A DNA stretch of 64,000 nucleotides from Azolla caroliniana (Eukaryota; Plantae; Polypodiophyta). Position 1 is the stretch's first letter. The number at the start of each line of letters is the position of its first letter. The translations under genes were made by a program, and so were the position numbers. Positions 12,201 through 23,000 of this stretch are shown here, in pieces. The stretch lies in the NCBI GenBank assembly GCA_043228905.1, contig JBHGNT010000016.1, forward strand, positions 12,586,001 through 12,650,000, in the 5' to 3' direction. The notes under the pieces are model-generated. The model had not been told where the DNA came from and made no database searches. It was given only the letters and a program-made list of their open reading frames with translations.

Positions 12201-15109
12201 GGTTCCACAGCACATGTGGTATTGTGAATATCACCATCGGTTCTATTATCTTTGGATCGGCGCATCCGATTTCATTTGGATAGAAAGCAAATGATTTCCC
12301 ATGTCTTTCGAGCATTTCCCGAAATGTGAGTTCCTCTTTTGGCAAGAGAAATTCATCTTTCCCGACACGAAGCTTATCTCTTGTCTCTTTAGTGAAGGCA
12401 TGTCTGATTCCTCTCGGATCCCACAGGCTTGGATCCCGTGCAACTTCTTCATTCTTTGCCAACTATCCTCAGGTAGAGGAATAGCAACATGCTTTACTTT
12501 CTTGTCCACCGTCTTGTATTTTGTATTAACTTCAAATTTCTCTACCATGATACTTCGACTATACTCGTTGACGGCAACGTACATGTTGATGGAGTTTATC
12601 TGAATTGATCGTTGGCTACGAGGGCTCAAGTCCACGACATTCTCCATTTCGCCAATGGTGTCGTTAAATGAGGCTTCCTCCATTACCCATTCAATGCTTT
12701 CATCGATTTCCAATATTTGTTCTTCTCTTAAAGCTTCCTCGAAGCTTTGCATTTGAGACTTCTCTTTTTTGTCAAATGTGATGATTTTGCACACTCCATT
12801 AGGGGCTATGTACAACCTTCCTTTCGTAAATTCGCGAACTTTTCTTTCTTCTTGGGCATACGCTTGTTTGGACTATTCACATCCCGCTCGCAAATAGCCC
12901 GACCTAAAAATCCGAAGCATCTTCTCTGAGACTATCCCGATTCCTTTCTTGATTGGCACATACAGTCAAGAATTGTACGACCTTCTTCCCATCAAGACTC
13001 CTTACTCGAGCAAATGTTGCACCATTGTCAAACACTTTGGTTTCCATCCAGGATGATGTTATGTACGATTGCCCAAGAATGATAGGATGGAATGTCGAAT
13101 CTTGAACAAGAAAATGTTGATCTATCTTGACATCACCAATCGTGATGGGGATATTAGGACATGCACCATACAGGTCTTCGGTAGCTTTTGTTGCCGCACG
13201 GATCTTCCATCCATGATTCGTGTTTATGGGCCATCTTCCTTTTTTGTAAACCTCAGTCGACATAAGGTTGATCTCGGACCCATGGTCTATTAATGCTATG
13301 ACTATTTCTTTTCTCTCTCCCAACTTTATTGGCGTCTCCATCGTCGCTCATGCCCAATGAGGCCGAGTATAGTGGTTTTCCACCATATCTTCATCAACTT
13401 CGTCCCTTGCCATCATTATGGCTTTTGTTTTTGCTTTTGATGGCTTCTCTTCTTCCTTGTCCGACTGTTGCCTTTTTTTTTTACGAGGTCCACGATCGTA
13501 TCATGGAACTCCTTCATAGTAATGTCGAGCAATTTCCTCAAGGACAAGGTCATGTGGCTATCAAGAATACGTTCCTCGAGAATCTTCATCAGATCTGTTG
13601 TTTGTTTATGTCCGACCTTAGTTTATAAGTAGGCATAGTTCTTGTCTTCCAAGAAGGGTCTTCGACATCAACCCTCATGGGCCGAATCGTTTCTTTGACT
13701 CGTCTACTCGACTCCCCTTTCCGGCTTGAGTCTCCACCCTCCATTCATAAAGCTAGACTTGCTTCCTCATCTTCTTTCTTTTTTGTGCTCCTTGTTTCAT
13801 GTCTTTCTTATGGGCTTTGCTCTTCCACTCTTTTTCTCTTTTCATCCACGAGCACCTCGTGGTTGTCGCACATCACTTCCGTGAGTATGGTGTTGTCATC
13901 TACCAGATCCGACCATCCAGTTATACTTTGCACACTTTGGTCCACAACCTCTACATCATCCGAAGTAACTTTGCCCTTTTTCTTACACTCGAGAATAGAA
14001 GACCAAAACTTTGTTCCCGTTCTAACCGCTTCATTTTTATCTTTCCCGACTCTTATTCCGGCCGATGCAACATACTGCATCGCATCCACCTAAGTCGCCA
14101 CGGCATCTTCCATAGCTTTCTTCATTCCCCCTCTTCCGAAATTCACCTGTAGGGGTCTTCTAGTTTCACTCGAGCAGATCATGTTGCCATCCATGTATAC
14201 GATATTTTGTCGGATGACCTCTCGAAAGCTCGTACAATCCCTTCTCATGTAGTCCAAGTTGTCGCACCACACACATTTGAAGGGTTCCTTTCCTTTGGCC
14301 CCCGACGATTCATGTTTGCTAACGTGACCGTCTCGAACTTCTTTGCTAATTCTTCAATGATGTCATCATCAATCTTCTTTTCGTCTGGGTCACTTTGTTT
14401 AGGCTACTCAACCACTCAATCTTCTTTGGTTGTCTCGTTTTCTCCCCGCTCAATCCTGCTAAATCAATGTCATCAACCCATTGACGATGCCTGTCGAGCC
14501 TGTTGCACACTCGCTTCACCACAATCCAGTCTGCCACAAGCCTATTTGCTTGGGTATCATCTTCAAGGAGAGTCCCCAATTCTCGTCTATCCTTCATATC
14601 CACAGTTTTCAGGAAGTACAAAGTCTTGTCATCCTCAAGCAACACTTGATTCGTGGTGGGGAGACAACGAAACATCTGGTCGAACTCGTCATACGCCCTT
14701 GAGGCGCTCAATTTCTTATTTTTCTTCTCTATCCACTTCATCAAGACATGTCGATTCATCCTCGACAAATCTTCCATCACGAACTCCGCCAATATTGCTT
14801 TCTTGAACTAGGACATGTTGTCTTCCCTTCGTGAAGCTCGATGACCCACCTTTGGACATTGTTGGTGACAACTCTCTTGAAACTTGAGATTTGACATGCT
14901 TCAGACACGTCCCTCTGATTCATGTCCCTTTTGTATGCATCAAGGAACTTCGTAATGTTCCTTCCATCAAATTTACCCTCGATCTCCACTACACGGTCAA
15001 CAGCCTTCTCCACGCTCGCATCGTTGTCCCGAGATCTCATCATTTGTTCAACGATTACCATCATCCTTTTGAACTCTCCCGCTAGATTGCTTGGGGATGC
15101 CATCTCCAA
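9274..15109 (-). pseudogene. gag-pol fragments of element D
   Basis: ORFs 14777-15109, 14346-14792, 12904-13341, 11827-12462, 10070-10384, 9824-10054, 9274-9630 in gypsy order gag-PR-RT-RH-INT; RT core deleted at ~11860. Confidence 0.88.
10659..11330. mobile_element. Non-autonomous hAT-like DNA transposon (672 bp)
   Basis: 12-bp terminal inverted repeats CATAGATTGACA / TGTCAATCTATG; 8-bp flanks TCCAAAAC / TCTGAAAC, both derivable from TCCGAAAC; AT-rich non-coding interior; subterminal CATGCGTCATATTC x2. Confidence 0.85.
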
Positions 15110-15148
15110 GTATCAGTCAATCCTCATCTTGATCCTTCCTACCGCTTC

Positions 15149-15166
15149 TTCACGTCGGGTTCAACA
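15149..15166 (-). promoter_or_regulatory. PBS of D complementary to tRNA-Trp
   Basis: Plus strand TTCACGTCGGGTTCAACA matches the recalled plant tRNA-Trp 3' end TTCACGTCGGGTTCACCA at 17 of 18; 7 nt from the LTR. Confidence 0.8.
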
Positions 15167-15835
15167 AGAAAGATGTCGAGGAAATCCTTGTGTGTTCACG
15201 AAATGAAGCAGAACCATTGGGGTCCTGGACCGGAAGGGTTTGAAGTTTGTATTAGCTTTAGCGAGAAAGTATTTAAGATTGAGAGACGGAGATTCCAATT
15301 CTAAGACAGATTGAGAGAGAGAGAGAGATTGAGATAGATATTGAACCCTTGACTTTAGTTTTGAGAGACCAGATACATCACCAATAGGATAACTAGATTG
15401 TTTATTAGAAGTTTCTTCATTCAATACATAGCTTCCCTCATCCTTTTTCTTTTTCTTCCTTTATAGATGCCTCCATGCATATGATGCATGTGAGGGTACA
15501 AGACATGCATATAATGCATGGAATGCATGTTTGCCATTTGGCATTCATGCATCACATGTGATGCATGATGACCATGTCACTCATCCAAGCCCTCATGTAT
15601 GAGAATTTACATGTGAAAAGTACAATGATGAAAATAAACTTCAAAGAAACATCTTAGCCTAATGGTATGTCAATAGTCTTTTATCTTGGGGGTGTAATGT
15701 TCAAAACCCATGTGCACATTAATGTCCTAATATATGGGTGTAACTATCACCCCTTTTATGCATGTCCACATTACACCTTCTTGGTTTTCTCCTTTCCATG
15801 TGATTTTCACATCATTGCCAAAAATCTTCACGACA

Positions 15836-16400
15836 GTGAGAATCGGCTTCGACCAACCAACAACTCACAGATTATGCCACGAATTACGATTATGAAGATC
15901 ATGGCAGAATGTTCATAATGCGGCACAAAGCTCATTCGATACCGGCACAGGACCCGGCAAGCAACTCATCCTCAAAAGATGTATGGTTTGTAGGCTCGGG
16001 AGCATCCAATCACATGACATCTCATGAAGATTGGTTCCAAGAGTTGAGAAAGCCCGATCTACCCGGCTATGTCGAAACCGGAGGTGAAACAACTCATTAG
16101 ATTCGGCATATCGAAAATGTCCCATTCGGGAACGACATCAAACAAACCTACCTAAAGAACGTACTACATGTCCCAACCATCACGAAAAACCTAGTCTCTC
16201 TAGGCCAAATTGTCGAACAAGGAATGCAAATACAATTCAATAATGAAGGGTGCTTTATTGAGAAAGAAGGTCGATTAGTCGCTCACGGTCGAATAGAAGG
16301 CCAAATGTTCATCCTCGAATTGAACGAGGTGAAGTCAGTTATGTTCGCTAAAGTCCTCAAAGTCGAAACTGACTTGAAATTGTGGCACAAGTGAATTGGT
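15836..16400 (+). pseudogene. Copia element C, segment 2 (protease, pre-integrase)
   Basis: WFVGSGASNHMT, NVLHVPTITKNL, LWHK; interrupted by element E. Confidence 0.85.
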
Positions 16401-16844
16401 TGTTATTCCTTAGGGCCGGACAATGGCTTAACACAGGATGTCTACAGAAGACACTTCACCAAAGGGGTGTTACGGCGAGATAACTTAAGACACAACGATT
16501 AATCAGACTTACTTGGTTACTTAGTAATATGGCATTAGACTTGATACACACGTATGATAGAACAATTAGTACAGAACGGTAATCAACACTTAAAGATAAA
16601 ACAAGAAGCTCTATTAATTATCCGTCAAAGCTTTACATTGAAACCGGGCCTTTATATAGGTCATCGGTGTTGAGTACAAAACGGTGCCAACCGGCACCTG
16701 TTCGGAACCAGTCCGGATCCGGATCGGCATACCGATTCCGATCCGTCCATTCACGTCTCATAAACTACTTAATTAAAATAGATTCCGAATAAACAATCCC
16801 TTTCATATTCTGGTCTTTAACTCCTTTGCCGGCCGGGTAACACA

Positions 16845-16861
16845 TGGCACGCCCGTGGGAC
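16845..16861 (+). promoter_or_regulatory. Second, antisense PBS-like site (tRNA-Arg) at the PPT position of E
   Basis: TGGCACGCCCGTGGGAC 2 nt from the LTR end; no purine tract adjacent on the coding strand. Confidence 0.75.
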
Positions 16862-16899
16862 AATACCTTGTACGTAGAATCCCACTATCCGGCCCTTAG

Positions 16900-19745
16900 C
16901 CTTCGTCCAAGATATCCAGAATACTCTGCTCCAAGGTGTCCAATGGTTCTGCGGGAATCTGTTGTTGCTATTGTGGTTGTTGTTACTGTTGTGGCTGTTG
17001 TGGCTGCTGCTGCTCTGGCTCCGGCTCCTCCGACTGTTGCTCCTTGGGTGGTGTTTGTTCGGCTCTCGGTACCGGCGGTTGTGGTGGTGATTCCTCCGTC
17101 AGCTGCTCTGCCGGATTTGACTCCGGTTGACTCGCCCCGGCCTTGTCCCCGTCCGGTTCTCGCCCCGGCGATGGCTCCTCATCGCTGAGGTTGACGGTCG
17201 CCGCCTGCTTTGCTCCTTGCCGTGGCCTGGTCTGCTCATAGCTTTCAAACTGGATTTGAGCATCCAGTCGATCATTGTCCAGATGTGCTACCAGTTGCCA
17301 GACCACTGACTGCTAACTCATCTCTTACGGCGGTGAAGTCCTCCTTTGTTAGCATGTAGCAGTCGTCGCCATCCTTCTGTCGGTTTTTCGCGTCCGCCCT
17401 CAGCAACTGGAGCTCGTGTGTGTGCTTTGCCCATTTGTCCCACCATTGCATGGAGCTTTCGTCAATCAAGGGCTTTTTCTTGTTCCTCCATGCCTAGACA
17501 ATGAATTGGATCCGCTCAAGTCCCATCTTCGCTTTGTCCTCCGCGGCTTGTCGTTCATCCTTCAATTGCTTCACCAGCACCACCGTGTCAACCTCCTGCT
17601 CCCGGTAATGTGGCAATTGGTTTTGATAGGTGGCCTACAACCTTTGCAATACCATTGTCGCTCTTTCCTTTTCTTCATAATGCTGCTTATGGAGCTCCAT
17701 ACATTCCTGCGCGGCTTCCTCCTATAGCGTTGTTCTTTCAGCCCGTTCTTCAGCCAGTGTTGTCTCGGCCCGATGAACTTCCTGTCGGAGCTCTACCATT
17801 TTCTCCTACTGCTTCTTATGCTCCATATCCAGGTGCTTATAGTCCCGGTGCAGGTGCTCAAAATCATCGATCTTCTGCTTTAGCTTCTGGTTGAGTTGCC
17901 GGCGAGCGCGGTCTTCCCGATCTTTCTATTGACGGAGTTCCTCCTTAAGTCTTTCAATCTCAGTTTCCGCCATCCGTCGCAGCTTATCCTTTTCTTGTAG
18001 CACTTTCTCTTTCTCCTCCTTAAGCCGGTCATATGCATGATTTCTTTTCCGCAAATTCTCTTCTGCCCGGCGGAGGTTCTCAGCAGGCTTTCTTAGTTCT
18101 TCTTCTGCCACTTTCTTCAAGTCCCTTTCTCGGGTGCGTAATGCTTCTTATGTGGCTAGTTCATCTTTCAAATCGGCAAGCTCTTTCACTTGCGCCACCA
18201 CTGTCTCCGGGACTAGTTCCGTCTCTGGGGTCTTATTACTATGTACAGGTGTTGGTGTGTCTTTATTCTGTACATCTACCGGAGTCACCGATGCTTGGAT
18301 CTGCGGTTCGGTTAAGGCCATTTTGGCCAATTCTTCTGTGGCCAGGTCCAAGTGTTGTTCTAGGCTCCGGATCCTCGACCAAGACGTCTCTAGTTCTCCG
18401 GTTGTGACTAGCAGTTGGTCCATCTGCGCTTTCTATTCCTCCTCTATGTAGTGCACCACTCCAGCAATCTGTTCTCCAATCCACCGGAGCCATTGGCTGC
18501 CTGTACCCTGTTGTTACGTCTGCATGGAGGGTTGGTTGTTGGTTCCGCTAGCCAGTGGTCGGTCTTGTCCGGTTGCATCGAGATGCAACTCTGGCTCTGG
18601 TTGGTGACCACTTTGCCGTTCTGGTTCCGGTTGTACCTCCGTTGGCCGCTCTGCCTCTGATTGCTCTTGACCTGCCGGTGTGGGAGGCAACTGTACTGCC
18701 GGTGCTTGAATTTCGGGTCTTGTCGTATCCTGACCCGCCGGTATAGCTTGTTCCGGTTCTACCCTTGGTGCGGGGTGCTCAATGCGTTCCTTCCTTCTTT
18801 GGGTCCGAACGCTCCCCAACCGGTTCTGCGGTGCTTGCCTTCTGGCGCTGCTGGAGGTGCTCTAACGGTTCCTCCTCCGCTTCCTCCTCCTCAGTCCCGA
18901 TATTGATTTTTGTTGCCAAGGGGTCCGCCTCTTGTTGAACCAGTCGGTGTAATCTGATCTTGATTGGTCGTGCCGGTGTCTCCTCCCGTGTTTTAGCCTG
19001 CTGCTTCCTATTGGCGTGCTCTTTTGCCGCCTTCTCTGTGTCAGCCGCCTTCCCTTTGGGTGCCTTAAAGGCCAACAGCTACTGCCGTTTTCAGGATGCC
19101 TTCGGTCTTTGTCCCCCGCTTCGTGGTCTTGGCGGGCTCGATAGGTGGTGCCAATAGGGTGAGCCATTGCGCCACGGCAGTCCATATTTTCCAACCCTCC
19201 TTGCCTCGTACAGTGTCGATGGCCGCACAGAGGCCGTCTGCAATCAGTACCGCCCAGTCCACCTTCACGTCTTCAAACGTTGCTATTATTAAGCCGGCTC
19301 GGTTCTGAGGCATGCATGGGGGTCAACGGTATACATATCCAAATTCATGGAGCACACAGGCAATCTCCCGAAATAATGTATCTTCCCCGCCCTGTGTCCT
19401 GTAGGCCTTGCTGGCCAGAGAGTATTCGCCAAAATATTTTCGGAGCTGATCCGGGGTAGGGTTGTCGATAGTGAAGATGCCCCCCTCGAGAAGGCCGATC
19501 AAAGCATGGATGGCCTCCTCCGTGATCGGTTCTGTGTCGATTTCTTTTACTATCCTCTCCGCCTCCCGGTGCGGTGGTGCCTCCATGATCGTGAGGAACC
19601 CTTCTAACCCGTGTGGCCTTAGCCACTTCTTGGCTGCTTTAGAGAGTGCTTGGCAGTCCATGGCTTCTTCGAGGTCCGTGAGCGCTGGTGAGGGGTGTGT
19701 GTGAGGAGGCTCTGTGTGCGTGGGCTCGCGTCTGATGATCTTCAA
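16900..19745 (-). pseudogene. Extra ORF of E: PMD-like globular N-terminus, disordered linker, coiled coil
   Basis: Successive fragments 19323-19745, 19065-19313, 18779-19075, 18514-18819, 18148-18423, 17926-18120, 17272-17469, 16983-17306; homologous pieces in F, G and 27325-28185. Confidence 0.75.
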
Positions 19746-20045
19746 TCGCCTGTTTGCGTTTGTGCTCCTCTGTTCGTGAAATGTGAAGACCTCTATGCAG
19801 TGGGGATTTTCTTGCTACATGTTGGCGCCTGTTTTTCTTACCCGCGCATGTGCACGTCGTGTACTAAAATAGAATGTCGTGCCATGTGGCGGCGGTTTAA
19901 TACCCTATTAATAGCCCATTACGTACCTTTTCAAAGTGCTTGTTCACTCCTTGTTCTTGCATGTGTCCGTTCACACCTCTCCCTTGCATGATTTACTTTG
20001 ATTTGATTTGATTTGATTCATTTTTTTTTTAATAAAATTGTTTGG

Positions 20046-23000
20046 TTAATTCGCATCTGGTCCCACCGGACCCCTGTCCGAATTGTGGGACTTGCCGACT
20101 GCTAGACTGCTTGCCGTTGCGTCGTTCTTGCCGTTTGCCAGCTCGTGCTCCCTCTTACCGGCTTCGCGCTTGCTGATTGCTACACGTGTTGCCGTCTTTT
20201 CCGACTTACCGGTGTCTAGTTCTGTGTCGGTCTTTACTTGTTCAAATGGGTTTCTTGGCATGGGTCCATTGTATGGTTTGAGTCGGAACCCATTAACCCA
20301 TTTACCCAAAACCTCGCTGGCGAGTGTCCCTAACTGGTAGGAACCGTTGAACTCACGCGTGATCCAGTATGGTCCGGCCGACCGAAACCGTAGCTTCCCC
20401 GGCATCTTACCCATCCGGGTCTGGAATACTAGTACCGGCTTACCGATTTCGAACATCTTTTCGTTCCCTTTTCGGTGACGATCCACGAACGCTTTCCTTC
20501 ACCGTTGCTCAAGTTCTAAGTGCATGATGTTGGCTACCCGGTGTTCTTCCAATTCACACAACGTGGCTAACCGGATCGCTTCCGATTCCTTCTCATTTAG
20601 GCATTCCCGAATCTGGATTCGTAAACTTGGTACCTGGAACTCGACCAGCATCACTACTTCCAATCCGAATGCTAGGCGAAACGGTATTGTGCGGATACTT
20701 GTCTTATATGCCGTTCGATAGGCCCAGAGTGCACTATGTAGCTTTGAATCCCAATCCATCTGGTTCTCATTGACGATTTTTCAAAGGATGTTCTGTAGTG
20801 TTTTATTTGTTGACTTGGCTAATCCGTTGGCTTGTGGATAATAGGGAGTGCTCCGTTTGTGCACCACCGCATAGAATGTCGTCAAACTTTCCACTACTTG
20901 CCCTAAAAAGTGCCCACCTTGGTCACTTATTAGCTCTATCAGACATCCATACCGGCACCAAATGTATTCATATAAGAATTTTGCCATGGATGTCGCGGTG
21001 TTGTCGCGTTGTGCTTTGGCTTCCACCCATTTTGTGCAATAATCCGTAGCGACAATCACGTACCGGTTGCTGATTCTCATTGCTAGTGGTTTGAATGGAC
21101 CGACAAAATCCAGCCCCCATTTCTGAAATGGTTCTAACGGTAGCACGGGCTAGTGAGGCATCCTGGCTTGTTCGGTTGGTTGGCCCATTAACTGACATAG
21201 GTCGCATTCTTTAGCGTACCGGACTGCATCCTTCAATGTTGTCGGCCACCATAGTCCACTCTGCCATATTTTCCTTGCCGTACCGTCTCTGGCATAATGT
21301 CCTCCAGCCACTCCACAGTGTGCTTCGCGCAATATTATGTCCTTTTCGTCACTGCGCACTGCACGCCGCCATATGCCATCTGCGCCTTTGTGGTACAGTG
21401 TGTCCTGTAATAGACAGAAGTGGCGGCTTTGAACCGCTAAGCATTTCCTCTCGTCTCTGTTCATCTCCTCCGAAGGTAAACCGGTGTTCAGAAATTGGTG
21501 CATGTTAGTGAGCCACTTGTCTTCCTCTATGACCATACCATCTACTGCCGTTAGTGTTGTGACTCTAAACAGCTCTGCATCCAGAAAGTCGTCTGGGACG
21601 CCCTCATCAGTTTCGCCGGAATCTAACAGGCTCAAATAGTTTGCTACCGCATGTTGTATGTCGGGTCGGTGGAATATCTCGAACTCAAATTCTTGTAATA
21701 GTAACGTCCACTGGGCCAGCTTACCGGTGAGTGTACAGGAGCGCCGAATGATCTACGTGAAAGGAAAATTTCCTTCCCAACAGATAATGTCTAAACTTGG
21801 TGACATTGTAGATCATACCCAAGGCCTCCCTTTCCGTTGTGGAATAATTACGTTCTGCTTGGGACAGCTTCTGGCTGGCATAATACACTGGCCGGTACCA
21901 CTTCGGTTCTATAAGTTGCATAAGCGCACTCCCGATTGCGATGTCGGACGCATCAACGAACACATGGAACTCTTTAGACCAATTTGGAGTTTGCACCACC
22001 GGTGCTTGTGACAACAGTACTTTTAGTGCCCGGCAAGCCTGGTCTTCTGTGTTTGTCCATTGGAACGGTGTCCGATGTACCGCGGCATGCAATGGTGTAG
22101 CCAGGTCTGCCAGATACCGGAGCATTCGGCTATGCCACCGAATTTGTCCTAAGAACCGGCTTAATGCCTTTGCCGTGGTTGGTGTCGGTGCCTCCAAAAT
22201 AACTTTGACCTTGTCCGGATCTACTACAATACCGTCCTTGCTCACGATGTGGCCAAGTAACGCTCCGCTGGACACTTCGAACACGCATTTTGCCGAGTTC
22301 AGGCTTAGTCGGTAAACTCTACATTTCTCCAAACATAGTCGGAGGTGCTGAAGGTGATCCCCTTTCTGGCTATAAATAGTGAAGTCGTCCAAGAACACCT
22401 GCATGAATGCCGGAATGAATTCACCGAAAATCTCCATGATGATCCGCTGGAAGGTTGTCGGCACCATTTTCAGTCTGAACATCATCACTACGGCAACAAC
22501 GACTCCCCATTCAGTGACAAAAGCGTCTGAATCTGATTATAGCCGTTGAAACCGTCCAGAAAACTGTACACCTCATGACCGGCGATTGCATCTAGGACTC
22601 CATCCGTGAATGGAAATGGGAAGGCGTCCATTACCGTAGCCGCATTCAATTTCCGGTAGTTGACGCAAACTCTTATCTTACCGTTCTTTTTCGGTACTAC
22701 GACTATCAGACTGAGCCATGTGGCTTTCTTTACCGGTCGGATGAAGCCAACCCTTAGCAACTTGTCGATTTCTTCTTTGACTTTTGTTGTGTAATTCGGG
22801 TTCATTCAGTAACGTCGTTGCGCTACCGGTTTGGCGTCTTTACTCAGATGTATCTGCTGTTGATACAACTGCGGATCGAGTTCCCGCATGTCCTCATAGG
22901 ACCAGGCAAACACATCGCGAAATTCTTTTAGGAGTGTGATCATTGTCGTTTTGTTCTCCAGGGTCATTTCCTTGGCGATGTGAACCGGTAGTGTGTCCTC

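Larger units (their letters stand above)
8477..15835 (-). mobile_element. Ty3/gypsy element D (Phygy-like), both LTRs present, decayed
   Basis: LTRs 8477-9203 and 15174-15835 (TGTC...GACA); PPT 9204-9215; gag (GKFDGRNITKFL), protease (LIDHGSEIN), partial RT, RNase H, integrase; 4-bp target-site duplication (TSD) GCGA/GTGA restores the host KKRES frame. Confidence 0.92.

Noticed and set aside
15149-15166. tRNA-like sequences (also 16845 and 28667) as tRNA genes
   Set aside because: Only 3'-end matches; no D-arm, anticodon arm or complete cloverleaf
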